A stretch of DNA of 64,000 nucleotides from an uncultured Chitinophagaceae bacterium (GCA_963706775.1 CAVPNF010000013.1:7235-71234), one strand, 5' to 3'. Numbered from the stretch's first letter, positions 31,058 to 40,638 are shown. Made by a program: numbers and translations. Notes: a model not told the origin generated them from the letters alone.

Positions 31058-31814
31058 TTAAATCGCTTGTCCGCCGGATACTTCAATGCGTTGTCCATTG
31101 ATCCAGTAAGCATCATCCGTACATAGAAAAGCAACGACGCCGCCAATATCTTCCGGTAATCCTACACGGCCCAGCGCGGTCAGGCCGGCAATGTGCGCAT
31201 TGATCTCTTTATTATCCCTTGTGCGGCCGCCACCAAAATCAGTTTCTATCGCGCCCGGAGCCACTGTGTTTACACGAATTTTCCTCGGGACCAAGTTCTT
31301 TAGCCCAATAACGGCTGAGCGATTCCACCGCGGTTTTAATCGATCCATAAACCGAAGACCCCGGCATCGTGATGCGCGTAAGCCCCGATGAAATATTAAT
31401 AATGCCGCCGCCATCATTCATAAAAGGCAAGGCCTTTTGCGTTAAGAAAAATACGCCTTTGTAATGGATGTTGAAGATGCTGTCTAACTGCTCTTCTGTA
31501 GTGTCTGCTGCTAATGCGTACAAAGCAGTGCCCGCATTATTAATTAAAAAATCAAACTTAGATTGTCCCGTGCGGGCTTGTAATTCTTCTGACATTCGTG
31601 TAAGGAACGCGTCAAAAGAGCTGATATTACTGGTGTCCAGTTGAAATGCAAATGCTTGTTGCCCGGTTGATTGAATCTCCGCGAGCACTTCATCCGCCGC
31701 TTTTTTGTTGCTGTTGTAAGTGAATACGACGTCTATTCCTTTTTTGGCGAGGGCCAGGGCCATGTTTCTGCCCAAGCCCCGGCTGCCGCCTGTTATTAAT
31801 GCTATCTTGTTCAT
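31058..31814 (-). CDS. SDR-family oxidoreductase, with one +1 frameshift near 31290
   Basis: TGGSRGLG, NNAG and YGSIK. Removing one C in GGTCCCGAGG restores ELGPRKIRVNTVAPG and joins the two ORFs. Confidence 0.88.
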
Positions 31815-31835
31815 GCTGATTGTTTTTATTTTTTA

Positions 31836-32729
31836 TTATTGATGATAAATGACTGCAAATTCTTTTGCAAACTCTGCTAATTTTATGTTGCTCAAAACAG
31901 GTTTGTTGCGATTATAATCTTCATACAACACGCCGCCACGCCTGCCGGCATTCATTTCCATAAGGCCTTTGGCTACTTTAGGATTCATACCAAGCTTCAA
32001 TAATCCATCCAGAAACTCTTCGTCGGAGATGACAATCCATTTGACATCGTCTTTTCCGATGGCTGCACCAAGTATCTTCGCCACTTCATTGGGCGAAGCT
32101 TCATCGCTTGCGATATAACGAACCGTTCTGCCCTCAAAAGGCTTTTCCATTTCCTCAGCAATAACCGCAGCAATATCTATTGGCGAAACCCATGGCTCTT
32201 TATCATCTCCACCATAATTGGAAAATATAGCGCCCCGCGATTTTATCGTTGGTATAAAAGCAAACATGTTGTAGTAAAATCCCACCGGGCGCATGACTTT
32301 AATGGAGACATTATCCGGCAGCTGCCTGAGGATATTTTCTACCGCATAGTGTGTCGCTAACATTCCGTTGTTTTTGTCAGTATGCGCTCCAATGCTGCTT
32401 AGATGCACTACTTTTTGTACCCCTGATTGCTGAACAGCTTTGGAATAAGTTTGTGCAATATCCGTCCAGTGGCCTTCCGTGTCTGCATTGAAATCGAAGA
32501 AGTTGATTGGAGGTTCCATTAGATAAACGATGTCGGTTCCCTTAAAAGTTTCTGTAAGGAAATCCACATCTTCTATGGTGCCGATTGCGGCTTTTGCGCC
32601 GATAGCTTCAATCGCATTTTGCTTTTCTACTTTACTGCTTATAACGGTTACTGAATGCCCCTTCTTCACTAACGATTCCGTTAATGGTTTGCTGATGTTG
32701 CCCAGCGAGCCTGTTATTACTATTTTCAT
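31836..32729 (-). CDS. NmrA-like NAD(P)H-binding protein
   Basis: ITGSLGNIS, VVHLSSIGA, RPVGFYYN and VSP.DIA motifs. Confidence 0.87.
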   Translation of the reverse strand: MKIVITGSLGNISKPLTESLVKKGHSVTVISSKVEKQNAIEAIGAKAAIGTIEDVDFLTETFKGTDIVYLMEPPINFFDFNADTEGHWTDIAQTYSKAVQQSGVQKVVHLSSIGAHTDKNNGMLATHYAVENILRQLPDNVSIKVMRPVGFYYNMFAFIPTIKSRGAIFSNYGGDDKEPWVSPIDIAAVIAEEMEKPFEGRTVRYIASDEASPNEVAKILGAAIGKDDVKWIVISDEEFLDGLLKLGMNPKVAKGLMEMNAGRRGGVLYEDYNRNKPVLSNIKLAEFAKEFAVIYHQ

Positions 32730-32879
32730 TTTTATTTTTTTGTTGATGCAAAGCTCATCAACAATCGGTCAGCGGATGTATCCAAATCTACTTTTGTTGT
32801 AGCAGGAAATTGAGGCATCCGGGATAATTAGCCCATGAAATTATCTCATCAAACGATAAAAATTAGAATAGTGTAAAGC

Positions 32880-32916
32880 AAAAGGCTTCACCCGATTGAC
32901 GCCGGTGAAGCCTTTT
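32880..32916. terminator. Hairpin terminator
   Basis: 13-bp stem AAAAGGCTTCACC / GGTGAAGCCTTTT downstream of the 32945 gene. Confidence 0.7.
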
Positions 32917-32944
32917 CATACCATTCTATGTTTTATTCAGCGTC

Positions 32945-33496
32945 CTACTTTGAAGTCGTTGTTTTGACAAGTCCCTTTGGTCGTTTTGCTCTAATGACAA
33001 CAAGGTAACGTTTCGGATATACGTTGTCCATTAGGAACCTGCCATCTTCTTTGCCAATAATGTCTAACGACTTGAAATTTTTGTCAGTGATTAAAAACAA
33101 CGTGCCAAGGGCAGAACTATCTGATAAAGCCTGTCCGTTGAGAATATATTGTACAATTGTGTCAGCGTCGGGCGATGTAATGATTTCCTTGAATTTCTCC
33201 GACTTGCCGCTAAAGAAAGTCCAATATGTCTCCTTGGCTGATTTTACAGTTGTCACATAAATAGCACCGTCAGTGCCTTTCTCACCAAGAACCTTTTTTG
33301 CTTTACTAGGTTTGACAATACTGATATTTGAAATATCGAAAGGATTTAGAGCTTGAAATGCATTCATATCAACTTCCATACTGTCAACAAATAGTGCAGG
33401 ATTTTGACCCATTTTTTTCATCGCCTTCTTTGGAAGTTGTCCAAATGAAGTCGCCGTCAAAACAAGGAAAGTGAGAAGTATGAAGAGTGCTTGCAT
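32945..33496 (-). CDS. Hypothetical exported protein with a TonB-plug C-terminal-like motif
   Basis: Signal peptide from MQALFILL (33496) and NPFDISNISIVK...GTDGAIYVTT. The longer ORF start lies inside an attC-like element. Confidence 0.6.
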   Translation of the reverse strand: MQALFILLTFLVLTATSFGQLPKKAMKKMGQNPALFVDSMEVDMNAFQALNPFDISNISIVKPSKAKKVLGEKGTDGAIYVTTVKSAKETYWTFFSGKSEKFKEIITSPDADTIVQYILNGQALSDSSALGTLFLITDKNFKSLDIIGKEDGRFLMDNVYPKRYLVVIRAKRPKGLVKTTTSK

Positions 33497-33509
33497 TGAT
33501 GTGTTTCGG

Positions 33510-33631
33510 TTGCAGATAACGGTACGTATTGGCGATGGCAGGGGATTCAATAAACCTTTTGCCGGAACCAAAGCTCAATAAAAAACTAAAAGTACAGAAT
33601 GTGAACAAAAATCCACCATAATTATCTTCAG
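33510..33631 (-). repeat. Degenerate attC-like imperfect palindrome
   Basis: TTGCAGATAACG (33510) faces ATTATCTTCAG (33621), with inner GGGGATT/AATCCACC pairing. It lies between two minus-strand genes. Confidence 0.5.
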
Positions 33632-33636
33632 GAAAA

Positions 33637-33897
33637 TTACTTTATCAATTCAATCTTGTCAGCCGCTAAATGAACAGGGTTAATGCTTTTTACGATAAAC
33701 TGTTCGTTGTTAAAATATGTTTTTTTGAAATGAACTTCATATCCCGAATGAGGGTTACCCTTTTCTCTCGGAATAGCATAAGAAATTGCGTGCCACGGCA
33801 ACAACACCGTCATTGTCGTTAGTTGTTGTCCACTAGGCTGTTTAAAAGGTTTTTCAAGAAATATCTCTGTTGAAAAGAATTGAAGTTTGTCTGTCAT
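33637..33897 (-). CDS. Hypothetical protein
   Basis: 86-aa ORF bounded by attC-like elements. No recognisable motif. Confidence 0.45.
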   Translation of the reverse strand: MTDKLQFFSTEIFLEKPFKQPSGQQLTTMTVLLPWHAISYAIPREKGNPHSGYEVHFKKTYFNNEQFIVKSINPVHLAADKIELIK

Positions 33898-33973
33898 ATT
33901 ATATTGATTTTAAAATTAAACTTAAAAATGAATTTTGTCGGACCAAGAACCCTATTAGTAACAATTACACCTG

Positions 33974-34187
33974 TTGCACATAACATCTTTATTTCCGAAA
34001 AGACAAACTCTCCCACCTTTTTATCCAAAAAATATTATCGTTAACACTCAATATCTTAAATGCAATTGAGCGCAGTATGCATTAAAACTATTGCTTGCAC
34101 AAATACAACTCATCTTTTTGGCAATTGCTCAATCGCACTTTAAGATCCGATGTTACTTGCAATCGTATGGCGATGGGCTGGCAGCAG
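33974..34187 (-). repeat. Degenerate attC-like element(s)
   Basis: TTGCACATAAC at 33974, TGTTACTTGCAA at 34151, and GGCGATGGGCTGGCAGCAG just past the stop of the DHFR-like gene. Confidence 0.4.
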
Positions 34188-34196
34188 TAGTTCGTT

Positions 34197-34817
34197 TCAT
34201 TTCTTCGTCAGTTTGTATCTTAAATGTGTTGTTAAGTCTGAAGGTATAACTTCTACAATTTGAATGTCATATATATTGCTGTCAATGCCGTCAAACAGCC
34301 GGATACCACTTCCTAAAAAAACAGGGGCAATATGAATGAAAAATTCGTTCACAAGTCCTGCGTTGAGATATTGTTGGATAGTATTTGCACCACCTTGTAT
34401 TCTGATGTCCTTTCCATTGGCCGATTGTTTTGCTTTTTCCAATGCACTTTGTATTCCGTCATTGATGAAATAAAAAGTTGTTGTTCCCTTTTGAACCCAC
34501 GGTTCCCGTTTTTCGTGTGTCAGCACATACACATCTGCTTCGTATAAATCTTCTGCCCAAGCGACTTCGCCTTCTTCAAACATTCGTTTTCCCATAATGT
34601 AAGCACCTGTTCTTGCAAACACATCTTCAATTATTTTACTGTCTGCTCCGTATTCCTCACCGCCTTCCATTTTGATGTGTTTCCAAAATGCTTTTTGTTT
34701 AAACATCCACTGATGGATTTTTCCTGAAACGCCACCCATTGGATTGTTCGGACTTCTGTTATCGCCCGCGAAAAATCCATCAAGTGATATGCCGCTGTCA
34801 AAGATAATTTTGCTCAT
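34197..34817 (-). CDS. Dihydrofolate reductase/RibD C-terminal family protein
   Basis: SLDGFFAG, IMGKRMF, IQGGANTIQQYL and PVFLGSGIRLF motifs. Confidence 0.88.
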   Translation of the reverse strand: MSKIIFDSGISLDGFFAGDNRSPNNPMGGVSGKIHQWMFKQKAFWKHIKMEGGEEYGADSKIIEDVFARTGAYIMGKRMFEEGEVAWAEDLYEADVYVLTHEKREPWVQKGTTTFYFINDGIQSALEKAKQSANGKDIRIQGGANTIQQYLNAGLVNEFFIHIAPVFLGSGIRLFDGIDSNIYDIQIVEVIPSDLTTHLRYKLTKK

Positions 34818-35013
34818 TATGTTTGGTTTTTATTTGATGTCTTAGTCCGAACTTCTTACCAATACAGCCATCATTTTTAAAATGGGAAAACAGGAAGGCT
34901 GCTAATCGCCTCTGCCGATGTTTTCTTCATTTTCCATGTCAATTATTTGCCTGGGCAACACTTAAAGTTTGCGGCAATATCTTGCTTAAAGATAAGTAAG
35001 GTTTGGGTACAGT

Positions 35014-36234
35014 TCAGAGACCCGCACTAGTTTTAAGGTCATCCCTTTCTTTGTCAATTTCTTTATTAATAGATTTAAGAAAATTATCGGCTATAGTTTG
35101 TCGCTTAAAACTTTCGGCCTCCGGCCATGCGCTATTGAGAACTACAACGAGATGCCTTACCGGGTCTATGTGAATCATTTGTCCATGAATTCCCAATGCA
35201 CGAAAAGTGCCATCATCCAGGGTCCACCATTGGAAGCCATAACCCCAACCGGGCCAGAGTTTAACCTGCGTATGCGTTGCCAACTGCAACCAATCATCCG
35301 GCACAATAGACTTACCATTAATGCGTGCACCATCAAGAATGAATTGCCCGAACCGCGCGAAATCACGAAGTTTCATTTGCAGGCAGCAGCCTGCGAATTC
35401 CTGGCTTGTTCTGCCAATATTCCAGGTGGCTTTACTTTCCATACCGTAAGGAGCCCAAATCTTTAAAGAAAGATATTCAGATAACGTTTTTCCTGTGGCG
35501 GCGCTTACAAGAACACCCAGCAAATGCGTTTCACCTGTACTGTAACCCCATTTTTTACCCGGCTCTGCCTCGGATGGCAAATGCCTCATGTAGCTTATTG
35601 TTTCATCAATGCCGGAGTCAACAGGTTGTGTGTAAAACTTTACAATATCAGAATTTGAATCTGTATATATTTCGGTCCATTTTATACCGCTGGTCATTGT
35701 TAGCAGGTTGCGGATCGTAACTTTATCGTAGGCACTGCCTTTAAGTTCAGGGATGTACTTTGTTACATAGTCATCAACACTTTTAATGTACCCATCTTTG
35801 ATGGCAGCACCAACGAGGGTACTTGTTATCGATTTTGCAACAGATTGCGATGTCCACCGTTCCGCATCACTGAACCCAAGCGCATAACGTTCCAGCCTTA
35901 TCTTTCCATCTTGTAAAATAAGAATGCCTGCTACTTTTTGCTCTGCAATAAATGTATCCAGCTCTTTTTCTTTTTGTCCACCTTTACTAAATGCTGCTAT
36001 GGCTGTTCCGTGTGGAAGCTTGTGCACCTTCTTGCCTTTAGGTACATCACGTGTATTAAAAACTTCGTCGAAATGTGCGAAGCCGAATTCCTTTTCTTCC
36101 TGGCTCCAGCCGAAAGTGTTTTTAGAAAGTGAATCTGCGATCGTGATGCGCTGCCCGAAAGAAGACAAAGCTGAGAAGAGTATAGTTACTGGTAAGATAA
36201 TGTACAGGAATGACGAGGAAACTTGTACGCGCAT
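35014..36234 (-). CDS. Serine hydrolase (class C beta-lactamase/NylB-like family)
   Basis: SVAKS (SxxK), LLTMTSG, WGYST, ARFGQ and ALGIHGQ motifs. Confidence 0.85.
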   Translation of the reverse strand: MRVQVSSSFLYIILPVTILFSALSSFGQRITIADSLSKNTFGWSQEEKEFGFAHFDEVFNTRDVPKGKKVHKLPHGTAIAAFSKGGQKEKELDTFIAEQKVAGILILQDGKIRLERYALGFSDAERWTSQSVAKSITSTLVGAAIKDGYIKSVDDYVTKYIPELKGSAYDKVTIRNLLTMTSGIKWTEIYTDSNSDIVKFYTQPVDSGIDETISYMRHLPSEAEPGKKWGYSTGETHLLGVLVSAATGKTLSEYLSLKIWAPYGMESKATWNIGRTSQEFAGCCLQMKLRDFARFGQFILDGARINGKSIVPDDWLQLATHTQVKLWPGWGYGFQWWTLDDGTFRALGIHGQMIHIDPVRHLVVVLNSAWPEAESFKRQTIADNFLKSINKEIDKERDDLKTSAGL

Positions 36235-36543
36235 GATTTGATTAGTGTTTGCAGTTGTTTTAAATAATACTATACCTCTATGAGCAACATGAAATCAAAT
36301 ATACAGATAAATTTCCCCTAAAGAATTGAGGGCTCTTGTTTGCAGATCGGTCCTGAGTAATAATCCGCTGCACGTGACTGGTGTCATAACATATAACTAT
36401 AATATCCGGAGTCCACATGCCATTCAAAACTTTGCATTTGTGCTATAAGAAAACAATAGTGAGAAAAATTTGCACTTAGGTGTAATGAATGCGATGTTGG
36501 CTGATTTTTTTATCTTTTCGGTTTTTTCAGAAATACCTTGAAA

Positions 36544-36883
36544 TTAATTTTCCCTTCTAATAGCCGACCGGGTGCTGTCTCGATTTAAGATTGTTTTTAT
36601 CGCTCCGTTGGATAAGAGTCGAATGAGTGCCGTCTGAATTTACGATTGTTTTTATCGCTCCGTTGTCGATAACTGTCGAATGAGTACCGTTTGGATTTAC
36701 GATTGTTTTTATCGCTCCGTTGTCGATAACTGTCGAATGAGTACCGTTTGGATTTACGATTGTTTTTATTGCCCCGTTGTCGATAACTGTGGAATGAGTA
36801 CCGTCTGCATTTACAATAATTGTTTGACCTTGTGTCTTATGTATGACGGCTATAAATGTAAAAATCAAAAATATTTTTTTCAC
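36544..36883 (-). CDS. Secreted protein built from 19-aa tandem repeats; probable 2-nt deletion near 36611
   Basis: Signal peptide, then (TIVNPNGTHSTVIDNGAIK) repeats. The last repeat continues in another frame as NGAIKTILNRDSTRSAIRREN* to 36544. Confidence 0.65.
36589..36820. repeat. 57-bp tandem repeat (about 4 units)
   Basis: GAATGAG recurs at 36621, 36678, 36735 and 36792. Confidence 0.9.
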
Positions 36884-37109
36884 AATTATTTTTTATAATG
36901 ATGTCGGTCGCGGAATATAGCAAACCTCTGTGTATCCAAAAGTATGAACTATTCCCACTTTTTCTCCATAAAAATATCACGAATCATTCTCAGTAAAAAT
37001 CTTTTCGCGCAATGCACGAGGGTTAGCGTGTTGCACAAATACAGCTTATTTATTTGCAAACTCTGAATATCATTTTGATATTCAACAATATTAATCATTA
37101 GTAAAAATT

Positions 37110-37136
37110 GAAAAATCTACTTTTTGGGTTATGAGG
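37110..37136 (+). repeat. Dispersed 26-bp motif copy 9
   Basis: GAAAAA TCTACT TTTTGGGTTAT GAGG. Confidence 0.85.
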
Positions 37137-37261
37137 TACCAATTTTTCAGGACACACTTTTCTTTACCCGTGGGTGTGACTCTTTCAAAATTTAATACCC
37201 CGCCGATTAGGAACGCCCCGCCTCTGCCTTTGAACCGGGGCATCATGAAGCCAATCTTAAT

Positions 37262-37344
37262 TTCCAGAATAACGTTTTAATATCCCAAATCGATGTCTCC
37301 CGTCCTGGTAACGCAACTCCTGGCAGCCTCATGTTAGCTGTTCG
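37262..37344 (-). repeat. attC-like element overlapping the peptidase E stop codon
   Basis: Minus strand reads CGAACAGC-TAA-C (stop inside the AAC core) and ends CGTTATTCTGGAA. Confidence 0.45.
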
Positions 37345-38086
37345 GTTTTATATCATGAGTAAACAGTTCCCATTTTCCCTCTGATATTACTTCAATGGTG
37401 CCGTCGACCACTTTGATGGCAGTTTGGTCATCAATAGCATACACCGGAACCGGCAACTTCGACGCCCACTTTTCTGCGTTAACTATGGAAGCATCAGGGT
37501 GATCCTTATGCTCAAAATGTGGAATTAATGCGAAGTCAATCAATCCTGCTCCGTGAGCCGTAGCTAAGGTTCTGGTTATTTCTCCCTCTGGTGTTTCGAA
37601 TAGAATATTTTCTAACGTTAGCGCATTATTGCTTCCGCCGGGAGGGTCTGAATAGGTCTCTCCGAATGTGGAGCTCACCGCCATGCTTCCGGCGCTCACT
37701 CCGACATAGACCATTTTGCGCAGCAGTGATGGCAATAGGTCTGCCAGCCCTGACTGTTGCAGCCAGTAGCTTAGATATAGGGGATCGCCGCCCCAAACCA
37801 GGAGTGCATCAGTATCCTGGATTGCCTGTATCCAAACTTCCTTTTTGATACTGGGAAGCGCAGTGAGTTCCAGCAGACCTAAAGATTTCCAGCCCAGCTC
37901 AATGAATGGCGATTTGGTTTTTCCGCTGATTGGGTTCCATGCATAACGGGCACCAAATGGAAAAGGGTATATCGCTGTCGGGATGAAGAGGGCGTTGGAT
38001 TCGGCGATGGGTTTGCCTAAAAGTTCAATTAACGCGTTGTAAATGCTGGTGTTGCTGATACCGCTGGAAGTGAGAAGAAGCTTCAT
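37334..38086 (-). CDS. Peptidase E (S51) / type 1 glutamine amidotransferase-like protein
   Basis: MKLLLTSSG, WGGD, YVGVSAGS, PH and YAIDDQTA motifs. Confidence 0.87.
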   Translation of the reverse strand: MKLLLTSSGISNTSIYNALIELLGKPIAESNALFIPTAIYPFPFGARYAWNPISGKTKSPFIELGWKSLGLLELTALPSIKKEVWIQAIQDTDALLVWGGDPLYLSYWLQQSGLADLLPSLLRKMVYVGVSAGSMAVSSTFGETYSDPPGGSNNALTLENILFETPEGEITRTLATAHGAGLIDFALIPHFEHKDHPDASIVNAEKWASKLPVPVYAIDDQTAIKVVDGTIEVISEGKWELFTHDIKPNS

Positions 38087-38097
38087 ATTGAATGTGT

Positions 38098-38368
38098 TGT
38101 CTTACCCTGAAACAGGCTGGCCATTTTTTATTTAAAAATAGGGTTTAAAATGGTAACCCGGAACATTGATACTTTTTTCAAAAAATACTCCTTCGGTTTT
38201 TAAAAACTTATCAACATTCCTGCCTTCTTTCGAGCTTTCGATAAGACTTATAAGAATGTCGCTGATGAACATGCGCAAAGCCTGGCGTTTTCATTTCCAG
38301 CGAGCGGTGGCGCCGTTCGTTGTTGTAAATTGCTACCGCCTCCATCACCATTTTATTGGCGGTTTTCA
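38098..38368 (-). mobile_element. IS3-family remnant (3' end of transposase and terminal IR)
   Basis: Minus strand KTANKMVMEAVAIYNNERRHRSLEMK, then after a 1-nt shift (T)PGFAHVHQRHSYKSYRK. The terminus TGTCTTACCCTGAAACAGGCTGGCC at 38098 has the TG/CA end. Confidence 0.72.
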
Positions 38369-38411
38369 GTGTCCAGCCCCACTTGCAGCAATACCAATGT
38401 TGTGTGCAGGC
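38369..38411 (-). repeat. Half attC-like element fused to the IS3 remnant
   Basis: Minus strand CCTGCACACAACATTGGTATTGCTGCAAGTGGGGCTGGAC, starting 4 nt after the TAA of a gene fragment. Confidence 0.55.
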
Positions 38412-38583
38412 GTGTTACTCGGTCTCAATAATCTTCTTGATTGTCTGCTGTTCGTTTTTCCTGTCATTTTTCAATCTGTCCGACTTTATCTTTCCTGAAT
38501 ATTTATTCTTGTCTGAATTGAAATGCATATTCCCTTCTGCTAACCAAGAACCTTGTTTAATCATAAGTCCGTTATATGGGCAA

Positions 38584-38698
38584 TGGTCATAACCGCAGTT
38601 ATGTTTTGAATAGTTACCAAAGTTTCGATGCTTAATTTTTTTGTCCGCTAAGATTTTTTGCTGATTTGGCCTATTGCCAAACCTGCTGTTGCCTGCTG
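38584..38698 (-). repeat. attC-like element
   Basis: TGGTCATAAC at 38584 and CTATTGCCAAACCTGCTGTTGCCTGCTG ending at 38698. Confidence 0.45.
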
Positions 38699-38923
38699 TA
38701 GCATTTCAAGAACGTTGTTGCGAACAAAAACTTTTCTGTCTACCGAAAAAAGTATCGAAAAAATAAAAGTGCTGCCACATTTCCTTCTGCGCTAAAATAC
38801 TTTGTCCAACCATAAAGTAAGTAACAAAATAAATTTTGTCCAACCGAAAAATGAAAAAACTACAAAATGAGTTCTCTTGTCCAACCGAAAAGAGCAATGA
38901 AAAAGTGAATTATTGCCAAATTA

Positions 38924-39307
38924 TCAATAAAGGTTTGTTGGATAAGTCATGTCAAATTCAGGATTTTTAATGTCAAGTTTTAAACAAAGACTATCAAAAG
39001 TTTCCTTTGTAAATGGTCCATATTTAGGCTTGTCCTGAAATTCATTTTTTGTCCGCTCAATAATGTAAAAGTTGGTAACGGTCTTATCAATTTTGTCTGG
39101 TGAATTAGGTAATAATGGATGTTGTTTAGCATATATAAATCGTTTATTGTGTCCGACTGCAAAAACATAAGCCCTAGTAATGTTTGCCGTTATATTCAAA
39201 TGAGACTGGTACTTTTTGCATGGTGTTAAGCGTGAGCTTCCCCTCTGCCGTGGTACATGGCACACGAAACAATTTTCTATCCATGAAACAGGTTCTACCA
39301 ATATCAA
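38924..39307 (-). pseudogene. C-terminal part of a DUF3997-like protein; N-terminus probably chimeric
   Basis: VFAVGHNKRFIYAKQHP...FYII......YGPFT..F motif. The upstream part reads in another frame as the unrelated start MQKVPVSFEYNGKHY*. Confidence 0.4.
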
Positions 39308-39406
39308 AATAAGATTTTCTTTGAATTTGCATTTCGTGAATTTACAATCCTCATGTAAAAATTGAAAACATTTGTTTCCGTGTGCCGCGATCCAAGGCGA
39401 GGTAGG

Positions 39407-39673
39407 TTAAGTTATTGAGTGCCCATCAAACTTAGCGATTGCTTCTGGTGTGACAGGTGTAAAAAAGTTTACGAGGTTGCCATCAGGGTCACGGAATAAC
39501 AGAGACTTATTTCCCCAGGGCATTGTCGTTGGCTTTTGGACAACCTTGTCCTGGAGATAGTCTGCCAGTCTTTCGTAGTCTTTATCAACATCCTCTACTC
39601 TGAATTCGATTATAACACTACGATTTTGGGCAGGCTGTGCCACATCATCTCCGCCAAACAAGGATAGTGTTTT
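39407..39673 (-). pseudogene. 5'-truncated VOC/glyoxalase family gene
   Basis: TLSLFGG...IIEFRVEDVD...PTTMPWGNKSLLFRDPDGNLVNFF is the second half of a VOC domain. The N-terminal half is absent. Confidence 0.7.
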
Positions 39674-39755
39674 TTTTAAAAAGGTTTTTATCAGATCTGA
39701 ATGGCCCTGATTAATTATGGGAAATTGGTGCACACGAAAAGCGATATAAAAAATG

Positions 39756-39781
39756 TAAAATCTACTTTTTGGGTTATGAGG
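39756..39781 (+). repeat. Dispersed 26-bp motif copy 10
   Basis: TAAAA TCTACT TTTTGGGTTAT GAGG. Confidence 0.85.
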
Positions 39782-39795
39782 CCACGTTTATTTTT

Positions 39796-40638
39796 TCACG
39801 ACACACTCTGCTTTTTAAAAACAGAAGGATTTATTCCGGTTATTTTTTTGAACAATTTATTAAAATGCGAAAGGCTTTGAAATCCCACTTCATAACACGC
39901 TTCTGAAACACTTACATCTTTTAATAACAAGGTTTTTGCCTGGGTGATTCTATATTGGTTTACAAAATCTGTAAAGGTCATTTTAGTCTGCTTTTTAAAA
40001 TACCGGCAAAAAGCAGGGGTACTCAAATGGACGCGTGCGGCCACAACCTTCACATCAGGCTTATCATTATAATTGGCATGGATGTATTTGTAAACCGCGC
40101 CCATCCTGATCTTATCATCAAAAAAAAGCTTGATGCTTGTATCCTGGTCGTTTAATTCCGTCACTTCATCGGACGTCGCCAACACCTGGAACACTTCCAA
40201 CAACTTTATTATTTGTTCAAAATGCGACAGCTCCTGCATGTATTGCAGCTTTTCCGCTACGATTTTTTTGGTGTTGCCACCAAACGATAAACCTAAATAT
40301 GCTTTTTGAAAAAGCTCGTGTATAGCTGTAAATTCCGGCGTTTCTTTAAACGCTTCTCCTAAAAAATTTTCTTTTAATTGGACCACAACCTGGTGGTAGT
40401 CTGTTTGGATTCCGTAGTCAAAATTCAGGTGAGGCACATTAGGCCCAATCAGAACCAGGTCACTTTCCATAAAACCGGAAATGTGTTGCCCTACATGGCG
40501 AATTCCATTGATCGCTTCTACATAAACCAATTCATATTCGGGATGATAATGCCAGTAAAAATAATTTTTTAAGCTTGGCTGAAAGAGCCTGAAGGATTGG
40601 CCCCTGCTGATCAACACTATTTCTTTTTGAATTTTCAA
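39796..40638 (-). CDS. AraC-family regulator with cupin sensor domain
   Basis: WHYHPEYEL, GDL.LIGPNVPH, and C-terminal double HTH (FCRYFKK, GFQSLSHFNK). Confidence 0.92.
   Translation of the reverse strand: MKIQKEIVLISRGQSFRLFQPSLKNYFYWHYHPEYELVYVEAINGIRHVGQHISGFMESDLVLIGPNVPHLNFDYGIQTDYHQVVVQLKENFLGEAFKETPEFTAIHELFQKAYLGLSFGGNTKKIVAEKLQYMQELSHFEQIIKLLEVFQVLATSDEVTELNDQDTSIKLFFDDKIRMGAVYKYIHANYNDKPDVKVVAARVHLSTPAFCRYFKKQTKMTFTDFVNQYRITQAKTLLLKDVSVSEACYEVGFQSLSHFNKLFKKITGINPSVFKKQSVS

Noticed and set aside
32775-32807. CCAAATCTACTTTTGTTGTAGCAGG upstream of the NmrA gene
   Set aside because: Shares only the left half of the motif. The TGTAnCC...TGTAGC direct repeat fits an AraC-type operator better, and that is also unproven.
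34197-36234. Calling the DHFR-like and beta-lactamase-like genes resistance determinants
   Set aside because: Family-level motifs only. RibD-C-like and NylB-like proteins are usually not dfr or ampC genes.
36589-38890. Possible CRISPR array (57-bp repeats; TTGTCCAACC repeats)
   Set aside because: The 57-bp units are contiguous coding repeats without spacers, the short repeats are irregularly spaced, and there are no cas genes.
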